Shown here: positions 6,422 through 14,855 of the stretch, piece after piece
Layout of the letters: the number at the start of each line of letters is the position of its first letter
How positions within the stretch are numbered: the stretch's first letter is position 1
DNA from: Tannockella kyphosi
Lineage (GTDB): Bacteria > Bacillota_I > Bacilli_A > Erysipelotrichales > Coprobacillaceae
NCBI RefSeq assembly: GCF_021054785.1
Contig: NZ_CP088239.1
Coordinates: 1,950,001-1,982,000, forward strand
DNA: 32,000 nt
Direction of reading: 5' to 3'
Notes under the pieces: model-generated
Told to the model about the DNA's origin: nothing
The model's database searches: none
The model's input: the letters and a program-made list of their open reading frames with translations, nothing else
Position numbers and translations under genes: made by a program

Positions 6422-7255
6422 ATGAAAATTAGATTTGATCGAATTATACTTGTATTATTTATTTGTAGTGGTATTTTAGCAGGAGGATATTACTTCCTAA
6501 CATCCTCTAATCTGGAAGAAGCAGAAATAGAGGAAGAAATAGAAGAAGAACCTGCTAATGAGTTTGCAGTATTATCTTATTATCATGAAGAGTTATTAGA
6601 TGATTATATTGCTTATCAAGAAGCAAATAGTGATTATAGTTTGGAAGATATTGTAACGCATGTAAATATGGGAATCGATGAACCTTTCTATACAAGTGAA
6701 GCAATCTTAGTAGAAGATCCTTATGCAATCGATGTCTTAGTTAATAAAGTATATTGTTTTCCAGATGACTTTGTCCCTGAAGATCTAGTATATGTGGATG
6801 ATTATCGTGATCAACAAATGTGTGAAGAAGCAGCTCTTGCTTTTCAAGCATTAAATGAAGCTTGTCAAGAAGAAGGATTTACAATCTATGCTTATAGTGC
6901 TTATCGTTCTATTAGTTGGCAACAACAAATTTATGATAATATGGTAAGTATATATGGAGAAGAGCGTACGAATCAAACTGTATCGAAAGCAACACAGAGT
7001 GAGCATCATACTGGATTAGCTGTTGATGTGAGCATTGATGGTTGTGATTATAATTATTGTCATGAAAGTGAGTATTATGATACTTTTTATGATTTATTAG
7101 AGGATTATGGATTTATTCTTCGTTATCCAGAAGGTTGTGAAGATTTAACAGGATATACTTATGAATCTTGGCATATTCGTTATTTGGGTGTTGATTTAGC
7201 AAAAGAAGTAGTAGCGTCTGGTTTAACTTATGATGAGTTTGTTGCAAGACAATAA
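6422..7255 (+). CDS. VanY-type D-alanyl-D-alanine carboxypeptidase (M15B), membrane-anchored
   Basis: SAYRS, SEHHTGLAVD (HxxxxxxD zinc ligands) and ESWHIRYLG motifs. It has an N-terminal TM helix plus the acidic linker EEAEIEEEIEEEP. It starts 8 nt after the capA-like stop. Confidence 0.85.
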   Translation: MKIRFDRIILVLFICSGILAGGYYFLTSSNLEEAEIEEEIEEEPANEFAVLSYYHEELLDDYIAYQEANSDYSLEDIVTHVNMGIDEPFYTSEAILVEDPYAIDVLVNKVYCFPDDFVPEDLVYVDDYRDQQMCEEAALAFQALNEACQEEGFTIYAYSAYRSISWQQQIYDNMVSIYGEERTNQTVSKATQSEHHTGLAVDVSIDGCDYNYCHESEYYDTFYDLLEDYGFILRYPEGCEDLTGYTYESWHIRYLGVDLAKEVVASGLTYDEFVARQ

Positions 7256-7327
7256 TAAAATTTATAGTAGGAATTTTTATCAAAGTCGTTTATAATGTCT
7301 TTATCGTATTAAAAAAGGAGCGTATCT

Positions 7328-7819
7328 ATGGAACAACTTTCTATTATTTTACCTGTTATTGTATTTTTAGCATTCTCTTGGGTTACTTATGTAACTATTT
7401 CCCTATTTTGGGCTATTAGAAAATCAAAAAAATCAGATAAAACATTAGTTCTTGCTTTATCAAAAAAAGGGAAAATATTTTATGGGGTAATGATTACGAT
7501 ACAAGTAGTTTTACTTTTCGTAAGTGCTTATTTCTTTGTTGCTTATTTGTTAGAGGGAGATACAAATACTGCAGCACTATTCTTAAATATTTTAACTGTT
7601 TTCTCTATTGGTTCTTGTTATTTGTTACAACAAATTATTTATGTAGGAAATCGTCAAATGTTGATAGGGAAGGTTATATTAGATTATCGTAAAGTAAAAA
7701 GGGTTACTTATGAAAAAGATAACACATTACATTTTACATACGGACAACGTACTTATCACACATCATTACGCTTTATTAACCGTGATATATTAAAGCGTTC
7801 ATTACAAAAATGTCGCTAG
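7328..7819 (+). CDS. Hypothetical membrane protein (about 3-4 TM helices plus a basic C-terminal domain)
   Basis: 163-aa ORF with AAAGGAG 7 nt upstream of the ATG. Hydrophobic segments are followed by KVILDYRKVKRVTYEKDNTLHFTYGQRTY. I recognise no motif. Confidence 0.55.
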   Translation: MEQLSIILPVIVFLAFSWVTYVTISLFWAIRKSKKSDKTLVLALSKKGKIFYGVMITIQVVLLFVSAYFFVAYLLEGDTNTAALFLNILTVFSIGSCYLLQQIIYVGNRQMLIGKVILDYRKVKRVTYEKDNTLHFTYGQRTYHTSLRFINRDILKRSLQKCR

Positions 7820-7851
7820 CAAGTAGATAATCTACTTGCTTTTATTTTTTT
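7819..7851 (+). terminator. Rho-independent terminator after 7328-7819
   Basis: GCAAGTAGA-TAA-TCTACTTGC forms a perfect 9-bp stem and is followed by TTTTATTTTTTT. Confidence 0.8.
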
Positions 7852-7858
7852 AAAATTG

Positions 7859-7867
7859 TGCTATAAT
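7859..7867 (+). promoter_or_regulatory. Candidate extended -10 (TGcTATAAT, within TGTGCTATAAT) for copA
   Basis: It lies 20 nt upstream of the ATG at 7887 and immediately after the upstream terminator. The SD is AAGAGGTGG. Confidence 0.5.
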
Positions 7868-7886
7868 CAATGAAAAGAGGTGGATT

Positions 7887-10337
7887 ATGAAAACAAAATT
7901 TGAAGTAACAGGAATGACATGTGCTGCCTGTGTCAGCCATGTTGAAAAAGCTATTAAACCATTAGATGGTGTACAAGAGGTACAAATAAACTTATTACAA
8001 AATAATATGTATGTAGAATATAATGAAGATATCTTACAAGCAGCTGCTATTTGTCAAGCAGTTCAAAAAGCTGGTTATCAAGCAGATTATGGTGCAGTAA
8101 AGAAAACAGAAATAAAAACAAAAGATACAATGAAACAAAGATTAATTCTATCTTATCTTTTTTTAATTCCTTTGATGTATGTTTCAATGGGACATATGTT
8201 GGGAGCTCCTTTACCTAGCTTTTTAGAAGGTACCCAAAATGCAGTATCTTTTGCATTAACTCAAATGTTATTAGCGTTACCTATTTTATATGTAAATAGA
8301 AAGATATTTAAGAATGGTTTTAAGGCTTTATTCCATCTTATGCCTAATATGGATTCTTTAATTGCTATTGGATCTAGTGCCGCCTTTATTTATGGTGTCT
8401 TTGCAATATATCGTATTGGTTATGGATTAGGTACATTAAATTATGATCTTGTTACTAGTTATCATATGGACTTGTATTTTGAATCTTCTGCAACCATTCT
8501 TGCTTTAATTACAACTGGTAAATATCTGGAAAGTCGTTCAAAACAAAAAACAACAGACGCTATTAGTAAACTATTAAATCTTGTACCACCTACTGCTACT
8601 ATTTTAAAAGATGGTAAAGAAGTACAAATCCCTGTTGAATCCTTACAAATCAATGATATTTTTATCATTCGTTCAGGTCAAAGTATTCCTGTAGATGGCA
8701 ATGTAGTCGAAGGAAGTTGTACTGTAGATGAATCTGCTTTAACTGGTGAAAGTATGCCTGTTTTTAAACAAACTGGTGATAATGTTATGAGTGGTTCAAT
8801 GAATAAAACAGGTTTTATTCATTGTTGTGCTACTAAGGTTGGTAATGATACAACTATTTCAAAGATTATTGAATTAGTAGAACAAGCTGCAGCTTCTAAA
8901 GCTCCCATTTCTAAACTTGCTGATAAAATAGCTGCTGTCTTTGTACCTGTTGTTATTACTATTTCTATCCTTAGTTTTATTACTTGGTTATCCCTTGGAT
9001 ATCCTTTAGAAACAGCTATTTCTTTTGCTATTTGTGTTTTAGTTATTTCTTGTCCTTGTGCTTTAGGTTTAGCTACTCCTACTGCTATTATGGTTGGTAC
9101 TGGGGTTGGTGCTAAAAATGGTATTTTAATTAAGTCTGCTCAAAGTTTAGAAATAGCTCATCAAGTAACAACGATTGTATTTGATAAAACTGGAACTATT
9201 ACCAAAGGGAAACCTCAAGTAACGGATGTGGATACTAAAATAGAACAAGAAGAATTCTTAAGAATAATGGCAAGTCTTGAAAGACTTTCTGAACATCCTC
9301 TAGCAAGTGCAATATTAGAATATTATCCGAATACTGATCATTATTATCAAGTACAAGATTTTAAAGTTTATCTAGGACAAGGTATTATTGGTACTATCCA
9401 TGATCAACCTATTATTATTGGTAATAGTCATTTATTAGAAGAACATCATATAATGAATACTTATGTTGATAAAGCTGAGGTTCTATCAAATGATGCAAAG
9501 ACTGTTTTATATATGGCTATAAATAATGAATTAGTTGGAATTATTGCTGTTAGTGATCCTATTAAAGAAACTAGTAAAGAAGCGATTGAAAAACTAGAAG
9601 CAATGGGATTAGAAATAGTCATGTTAACAGGAGATAACTTACAAACTGCTACTTCTATACAGAAAAAACTAAATATTGATAAAGTAATTGCACAAGTACT
9701 TCCTCAAGATAAAGAAAGTCATATTCGTTCATTGCAAAAAGAAGGAAAGATTGTTGCTATGGTAGGAGATGGTATTAATGATGCTCCTGCATTAGTTAGT
9801 AGTGATGTCGGTATTGCAATTGGTGCTGGTAGTGATATTGCTATTGATTCTGCTGATATCGTATTAATGAAAAGTGATTTATTAGACTGTGTTACTGCTA
9901 TTAAGCTAAGTAAAGCAGTTATTAAAAATATAAAAGAAAACTTGTTTTGGGCATTCTTCTATAATACATTAGGAATTCCTCTAGCTGCAGGTTGTTTCTA
10001 TCTAAGCTTTGGATGGAAACTAAACCCAATGTTTGGTGCTGCTGCAATGAGTTGTAGTTCTATCTTTGTAGTAAGTAATGCATTAAGACTACGTTTCTTT
10101 CAAACAAACAAGAAGGGAGAGGTTGTTGTGATGAAAAAAGAAATGGTAATAGAAGGAATGATGTGTTCTCACTGTACAGGTCGTGTTGATAAAGCATTAA
10201 ACGGACTTGTTGGTGTCCAAGCTACAGTTAGCTTAGAAGATAAAAAAGCATATCTTACTCTTGAACAAGATATTGATGACACACTATTAAAAAGTGTTGT
10301 AGAAGATGCCGGTTATAAAGTAATTTCTATTCAATAA
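7887..10337 (+). CDS. copA: Cu(I)/Ag(I)-translocating P1B-1-type ATPase with N-terminal and C-terminal HMA domains
   Basis: N-terminal HMA domain GMTCAACVSHV. TM6 has CPC (SCPCALGLATP), and DKTGTIT and GDGINDAP are present. TM7 reads NLFWAFFYNTLGIP (Nx6YNx4P) and TM8 reads MSCSSIFVVSN (Mx2SSx5N). A second HMA domain, GMMCSHCTGRV, sits at the extreme C-terminus. Confidence 0.95.
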   Translation: MKTKFEVTGMTCAACVSHVEKAIKPLDGVQEVQINLLQNNMYVEYNEDILQAAAICQAVQKAGYQADYGAVKKTEIKTKDTMKQRLILSYLFLIPLMYVSMGHMLGAPLPSFLEGTQNAVSFALTQMLLALPILYVNRKIFKNGFKALFHLMPNMDSLIAIGSSAAFIYGVFAIYRIGYGLGTLNYDLVTSYHMDLYFESSATILALITTGKYLESRSKQKTTDAISKLLNLVPPTATILKDGKEVQIPVESLQINDIFIIRSGQSIPVDGNVVEGSCTVDESALTGESMPVFKQTGDNVMSGSMNKTGFIHCCATKVGNDTTISKIIELVEQAAASKAPISKLADKIAAVFVPVVITISILSFITWLSLGYPLETAISFAICVLVISCPCALGLATPTAIMVGTGVGAKNGILIKSAQSLEIAHQVTTIVFDKTGTITKGKPQVTDVDTKIEQEEFLRIMASLERLSEHPLASAILEYYPNTDHYYQVQDFKVYLGQGIIGTIHDQPIIIGNSHLLEEHHIMNTYVDKAEVLSNDAKTVLYMAINNELVGIIAVSDPIKETSKEAIEKLEAMGLEIVMLTGDNLQTATSIQKKLNIDKVIAQVLPQDKESHIRSLQKEGKIVAMVGDGINDAPALVSSDVGIAIGAGSDIAIDSADIVLMKSDLLDCVTAIKLSKAVIKNIKENLFWAFFYNTLGIPLAAGCFYLSFGWKLNPMFGAAAMSCSSIFVVSNALRLRFFQTNKKGEVVVMKKEMVIEGMMCSHCTGRVDKALNGLVGVQATVSLEDKKAYLTLEQDIDDTLLKSVVEDAGYKVISIQ

Positions 10338-10341
10338 AAAG

Positions 10342-10369
10342 AATCCTCTTAGCTTTTGCTAAGAGGATT
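10342..10369. terminator. Bidirectional terminator between convergent copA and the ABC genes
   Basis: AATCCTCTTAGC-TTTT-GCTAAGAGGATT forms a perfect 12-bp stem, flanked by an A-run upstream and a T-rich tract downstream. Confidence 0.8.
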
Positions 10370-12097
10370 TTATTTACTAAATTGACTTTGATATAGTTTG
10401 GCATAATACCCATTTTGTTGTAATAATACATGATGATTACCTTGTTCAATGATCTTACCTTGATCCATAACTAAAATACTATCAGCATTCTTAATTGTTG
10501 ATAAACGATGTGCTACAATAAAACTTGTTTTACCTTTCATCATTGTATCAATTGCTTGTTGTATTTGTATTTCTGTTCTTGTATCAATTGAACTAGTTGC
10601 TTCATCTAGTATCAACATTGGTGGATTTACAAGCATTACTCTAGCAATACATAATAATTGCTTTTGTCCTTTGGAAAGATTCCCACCATCTTCTTCTAAC
10701 ATCGTATCATAACCATCTGGTAAAGACATAATAAACTTATGTACTCTTGCTTTATTAGCAGCATCAATAATTTCTTTTTCCGTTGCATTTTGTTTACCAT
10801 AAGCTATATTTTCTTTTACAGTACCTTTAAAAATCCAAGAATCTTGTAATACCATTCCAAAACATTGACGAATCGTATCACGAGAAAGATCTTTTATGTT
10901 TATATCATGAAGATAAATAGATCCTCCATTTAATTCATAGAAATCCATTAATAAATTAATTAATGTTGTTTTTCCACATCCTGTTTTCCCTACAATGGCA
11001 ATAGATTGTCCAGCTTGGACATCTATTGACATATCTTCTATAAAAGCAACATCCTCTTGATAAGAAAAAGATACTTTATCCAATCTTACCTTTCCATTTT
11101 GTTGTTTAGAAACTAAGTCTTTTTTCTCTACTTCTTCTATTTCTTCTATTAACTCATATACTCTTTCAAAAGCAGTTAACGCTAATTGCATTTCACTCAT
11201 AACTGATGATATTTCATTAAATGGCTTTGTATATTGATTAGCGTATGTTAAGAAACTAGATAACATTCCAACACTGAACGTTCCACGAATAACTGCTAAA
11301 GCTCCAAATACACCTACTGCATTATAAACAAAACTATTCATAAAACGTGTTGTTGGGTTAATAACTGCTCCATAGAATTGGGATATTACCCCACTTTGAT
11401 GCATTTCTTGATTTAATTCTTCATATACTTCTTGATCTATCTTTTCATATCCTAACATTTGAATAGTATCTAAATTCGTAATCATTTCATTAACATACCC
11501 TGTCATTTTCCCTCTAATAGCAAGTTGTGTTTGGAAATAACGATGAGTTCTTTTTACAATAAAACCAGCTACAAATAAAGATAAAGGTGTTAATACAATA
11601 ACAATACAAGCAATAGAAAATTGAATATAACATAAGATAATAATAGTTCCAACAATTGTCATTATCCCTGTAAATAAACTAGTAAAACTTTGTAATAAAC
11701 CTTGTGATACTACTTCAATATCATTTGTTACCTTACTAGCAATAGTACCATGCATATTTTGATCAATATATTTTAATGGTAATAGATGAAGTTTTTGATA
11801 ACTTTGATTACGCATATCTCTTGTTATTTGATATGTTAATTTATTTGTTACTCTTGCTAATATCCATTGAGCTATACTTCCTATTAAAACAACACTTAAT
11901 AAAATCATTAGTTTTTGAACTAACAAATCATAATCAATAGCAGTTGATGTTATTAAAACATCAATACTATTACCTATTAAGATTGGTACTAATAATGAGG
12001 CTAAAGAAGAAAGAAAAGCAAATACAAATAATAGAACTACTAAATAATGATAAGGACTTGTATATTTTAATAGGCGTAAGATTGTTTGTTTTTTCAT
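10370..12097 (-). CDS. ABC exporter half-transporter (TMD-NBD), subunit carrying the consensus ATPase site
   Basis: 575 aa with six predicted TM helices followed by an NBD. Walker A is GKTGCGKTT, Walker B plus catalytic Glu is MLILDEATS, and the H-loop is VAHRLST. The ABC signature is deviant (LSKGQ). Confidence 0.9.
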   Translation of the reverse strand: MKKQTILRLLKYTSPYHYLVVLLFVFAFLSSLASLLVPILIGNSIDVLITSTAIDYDLLVQKLMILLSVVLIGSIAQWILARVTNKLTYQITRDMRNQSYQKLHLLPLKYIDQNMHGTIASKVTNDIEVVSQGLLQSFTSLFTGIMTIVGTIIILCYIQFSIACIVIVLTPLSLFVAGFIVKRTHRYFQTQLAIRGKMTGYVNEMITNLDTIQMLGYEKIDQEVYEELNQEMHQSGVISQFYGAVINPTTRFMNSFVYNAVGVFGALAVIRGTFSVGMLSSFLTYANQYTKPFNEISSVMSEMQLALTAFERVYELIEEIEEVEKKDLVSKQQNGKVRLDKVSFSYQEDVAFIEDMSIDVQAGQSIAIVGKTGCGKTTLINLLMDFYELNGGSIYLHDINIKDLSRDTIRQCFGMVLQDSWIFKGTVKENIAYGKQNATEKEIIDAANKARVHKFIMSLPDGYDTMLEEDGGNLSKGQKQLLCIARVMLVNPPMLILDEATSSIDTRTEIQIQQAIDTMMKGKTSFIVAHRLSTIKNADSILVMDQGKIIEQGNHHVLLQQNGYYAKLYQSQFSK

Positions 12098-13795
12098 TTA
12101 TTCGTCCCCCTTACTTTGGGTAGCATAAATTTCTTGATAAATAGAACATGTTTTTAATAATTGTTCATGACTATCATAGCCTACTACTTGTCCATGTGAT
12201 AATACTAGTATTCTACTAGCATGTTGTAAGGAACTGATTCGTTGGGAGATAATAATGGTTGTTGTTTGTTTTTTTTGTAGAGCTATTCTTAGATTACGAT
12301 CTGTAATTGCATCTAGGGCACTAGCACTATCATCAAAGATAAATAGTTTTGGTTTTTTAATAATTGCTTGCGCAATTGTTAATCGTTGTTTTTGACCACC
12401 AGATAAGTTCTTACCAGCTTCTTCTATTTGTTTATCTAAACCATCTTTATTTAATAATTCTTTTCCTTGAGCTTGCTCTATTGCTTGTTCCATTTCTTGA
12501 AATGTTGCTTGAGGATTTGCAATCTTTAAGTTATGTGCAATTGTACCTGTAAAGAGTCTTGCATTTTGCATAACATAACCAATGTTTTTACGTAATGAAG
12601 CTATTGTTAATGTACTAATCTCTTTTCCATCGATATAAATAGTACCTATTTGATTTTCATAATAACGTCCTATTAGGTTAGCTATGGTTGTTTTACCAGA
12701 TCCCGTACCACCAATAATACCTATCGTTTCCCCTTGTTTTACTTCAAAACTAACATCTTCTAATACTTCTTTTTTATGATAAGCAAAACTAACATGATCA
12801 AAACGAACAACACTTTGATTATCTTGCCATTCTTTTGTTCCAGAATCTTGAATCTTAGAAGTTGTTGCTAATACTTCTTTAATACGATTATATCCTGCAT
12901 AAGCACGATGATAAATGCCTATTACATTTGTTAAGACGACTAACGCTAATAATATTTGAGTCATATAATTCACTAAAGCAACAATATCTCCTTGAGATAA
13001 TGTTCCTATTTTTATATAGGTACCTCCTTGATAAATAATAAGTATAATACAAACATTCACAATTAAAAAAGTAAAAGGATTCATATAAGCTTGTAAATTA
13101 CCTACTATTATTTGTAAAGAATATTGTTTATCTGTTGCTTCTTTGAACTTAGTAGTTTCTTTTGTTTGCATAGAAAAAGCACGGATAACACGGATTCCTG
13201 CTAAAGTTTCCCTTACTGATAACGTAATACGATCAAAGATTATTTGTAATTGACTATAGTATTTAATAGAACAAAAGGAAATAAGAAACATAACTAACGC
13301 TAATCCTATTCCTCCTATTATAAAAATCATTGTTAATTCACCACTAATAATATAAGCACAAACAAGAGAACCTATAATTAAAAATGGTGCTCTAGAAGTT
13401 AACCGTATTGTCATCGCAATCGCTAATTGAATTTGAATAATATCATTTGTTAGTCTTGCAACCAATGTAGGAGAACCTAGTTCATCTAAAGAACTCCAAT
13501 CTAACGTATGAATATGTTGATACAAATCCTTACGTATTGCTGTTCCTACACTTTGTGAAGTAATCGAAGCATTGTATTGACACACCATGGCACAACAGTA
13601 CCCTAATACAGCAAACAATACTAACATTCCTCCATAATAATATACTGCTTCCATATCTTGTTGATATATACCTTCATCAATGATTTTAGCCATAATAATA
13701 GGTATCATTAATTCTAAAGCTGCTTCTGTTATTTTAAAAACAAAACCAACACTAGCAGGTATTTTATATGGTTTTATATATTTCCATAAATACAT
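12098..13795 (-). CDS. ABC exporter half-transporter (TMD-NBD), subunit contributing the degenerate ATP site
   Basis: Walker A is GGTGSGKTT and the signature is LSGGQ. Walker B reads FIFDDSAS (Asp replaces the catalytic Glu) and the H-loop reads ISQRIS (Gln replaces His). I moved the start from the ORF-track 13816 to the ATG at 13795 (MYLWKYIK), because AAGGAGGG (complement of 13801-13808) lies 5 nt upstream and this removes the overlap with the upstream gene. The stop abuts the next ABC gene's start. Confidence 0.9.
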   Translation of the reverse strand: MYLWKYIKPYKIPASVGFVFKITEAALELMIPIIMAKIIDEGIYQQDMEAVYYYGGMLVLFAVLGYCCAMVCQYNASITSQSVGTAIRKDLYQHIHTLDWSSLDELGSPTLVARLTNDIIQIQLAIAMTIRLTSRAPFLIIGSLVCAYIISGELTMIFIIGGIGLALVMFLISFCSIKYYSQLQIIFDRITLSVRETLAGIRVIRAFSMQTKETTKFKEATDKQYSLQIIVGNLQAYMNPFTFLIVNVCIILIIYQGGTYIKIGTLSQGDIVALVNYMTQILLALVVLTNVIGIYHRAYAGYNRIKEVLATTSKIQDSGTKEWQDNQSVVRFDHVSFAYHKKEVLEDVSFEVKQGETIGIIGGTGSGKTTIANLIGRYYENQIGTIYIDGKEISTLTIASLRKNIGYVMQNARLFTGTIAHNLKIANPQATFQEMEQAIEQAQGKELLNKDGLDKQIEEAGKNLSGGQKQRLTIAQAIIKKPKLFIFDDSASALDAITDRNLRIALQKKQTTTIIISQRISSLQHASRILVLSHGQVVGYDSHEQLLKTCSIYQEIYATQSKGDE

Positions 13796-13806
13796 ACAAT
13801 CCCTCC

Positions 13807-14739
13807 TTAAACACAAACATATATTTTTCTTTCAAAAGAAACAAACTCCGTTTTCTTTACAACACAATACGATTCTATTTCAAAACCAACATCTAATAAC
13901 TCTTTATCCATATAATCATAACTAATCAATATTAACTTATCCGCTATTTTTCTAGCACTCCTTAAAATAGAACATTGTTCTTCATGAGTAATAGGTGTAT
14001 ATAAATTATACGGTATATCAATAATCGCACAATCATACTTTACATCAATTTGTTCTATTGCACTTCTTTGTACAATCTCCGGATCATATCCAAAATAAAT
14101 TAAATTCTTTCTTGCCTTAAAAGATATCTCTTTAGAAATATCATATCCCTTCATCTCATACCCTAATGACAAAGCTTCTAAAACAACGGATCCCATCCCA
14201 CAACAAGGGTCTACTAAAGAAATATGCATATCATTTCTACCAGCTATATTTACTACTGTTCTAGCCAAACGTAAATCTAAGGCATTAGAAAAAGTATATG
14301 GCTTTTTAAAATATTTTTGCCAACTTGGAACCCCATGATAATAATACCCAAATATCCATTCATCTCCTAGCTTTGTAATAGCTAGTGTATGATCTTGTTC
14401 CCGCATTAAGTTTTTACCTTCTATGCATTTACTAACTTGGTTACACCAAGTTAGTGTTTCTTGATAATCTTCATGATTCTGTTCATTCTTTAAGTATATT
14501 ACTTTATATGAGCTATACTGATATTTTATTTGTTTTATTTTTTCTAATAAAACATCAAAATCACTGTCCTTATGGTATACATCTATCTTTGCTTTAATAA
14601 AGATAGATGTATCACAAGGAATATTGTTTTTTGTTAAAAGGACCTTACTTTTTAATGTTTGACAAAATAAGTATTTTCCTTCTAGTATCCATAAGTCCTT
14701 TTGAGCAGGAGGATAGTTAAATGTGTAGACGTATTCCAT
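13807..14739 (-). CDS. Class I SAM-dependent methyltransferase, UPF0020/Trm11-like (putative RNA N-methylase)
   Basis: SAM motif I is VDPCCGMGSVVLEA and the catalytic-type motif IV is IIDIPYN (D/N-P-P-Y-like). I moved the start from 14766 to the ATG at 14739 (MEYVYTF), because GGAGG lies 5 nt upstream. Confidence 0.65.
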   Translation of the reverse strand: MEYVYTFNYPPAQKDLWILEGKYLFCQTLKSKVLLTKNNIPCDTSIFIKAKIDVYHKDSDFDVLLEKIKQIKYQYSSYKVIYLKNEQNHEDYQETLTWCNQVSKCIEGKNLMREQDHTLAITKLGDEWIFGYYYHGVPSWQKYFKKPYTFSNALDLRLARTVVNIAGRNDMHISLVDPCCGMGSVVLEALSLGYEMKGYDISKEISFKARKNLIYFGYDPEIVQRSAIEQIDVKYDCAIIDIPYNLYTPITHEEQCSILRSARKIADKLILISYDYMDKELLDVGFEIESYCVVKKTEFVSFERKIYVCV

Positions 14740-14809
14740 ATTTTCCTCCTTCTTTTTGCTTATCATTCTACCATGTTCTCTTAAAAAAAGGAACCTATAT
14801 CAAAATAAC

Positions 14810-14838
14810 TTGCCTTAATATATCACTTATTGTATAGT
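14810..14838 (+). promoter_or_regulatory. Sigma-A-type promoter TTGCCT-17nt-TATAGT for the O-antigen-ligase-like gene
   Basis: -35 at 14810-14815 and -10 at 14833-14838, with exactly 17-nt spacing. It lies 18 nt upstream of the ATG at 14856, with the SD AGGAGG in between. Confidence 0.55.
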
Positions 14839-14855
14839 ACTAACAGGAGGTACAT

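Noticed and set aside
7819-7886. CopY box (TACANNTGTA) or a CsoR-type operator upstream of copA.
   Set aside because: I saw no TACANNTGTA and no GC-rich CsoR-like dyad. The only dyad there is the terminator hairpin of the upstream gene.
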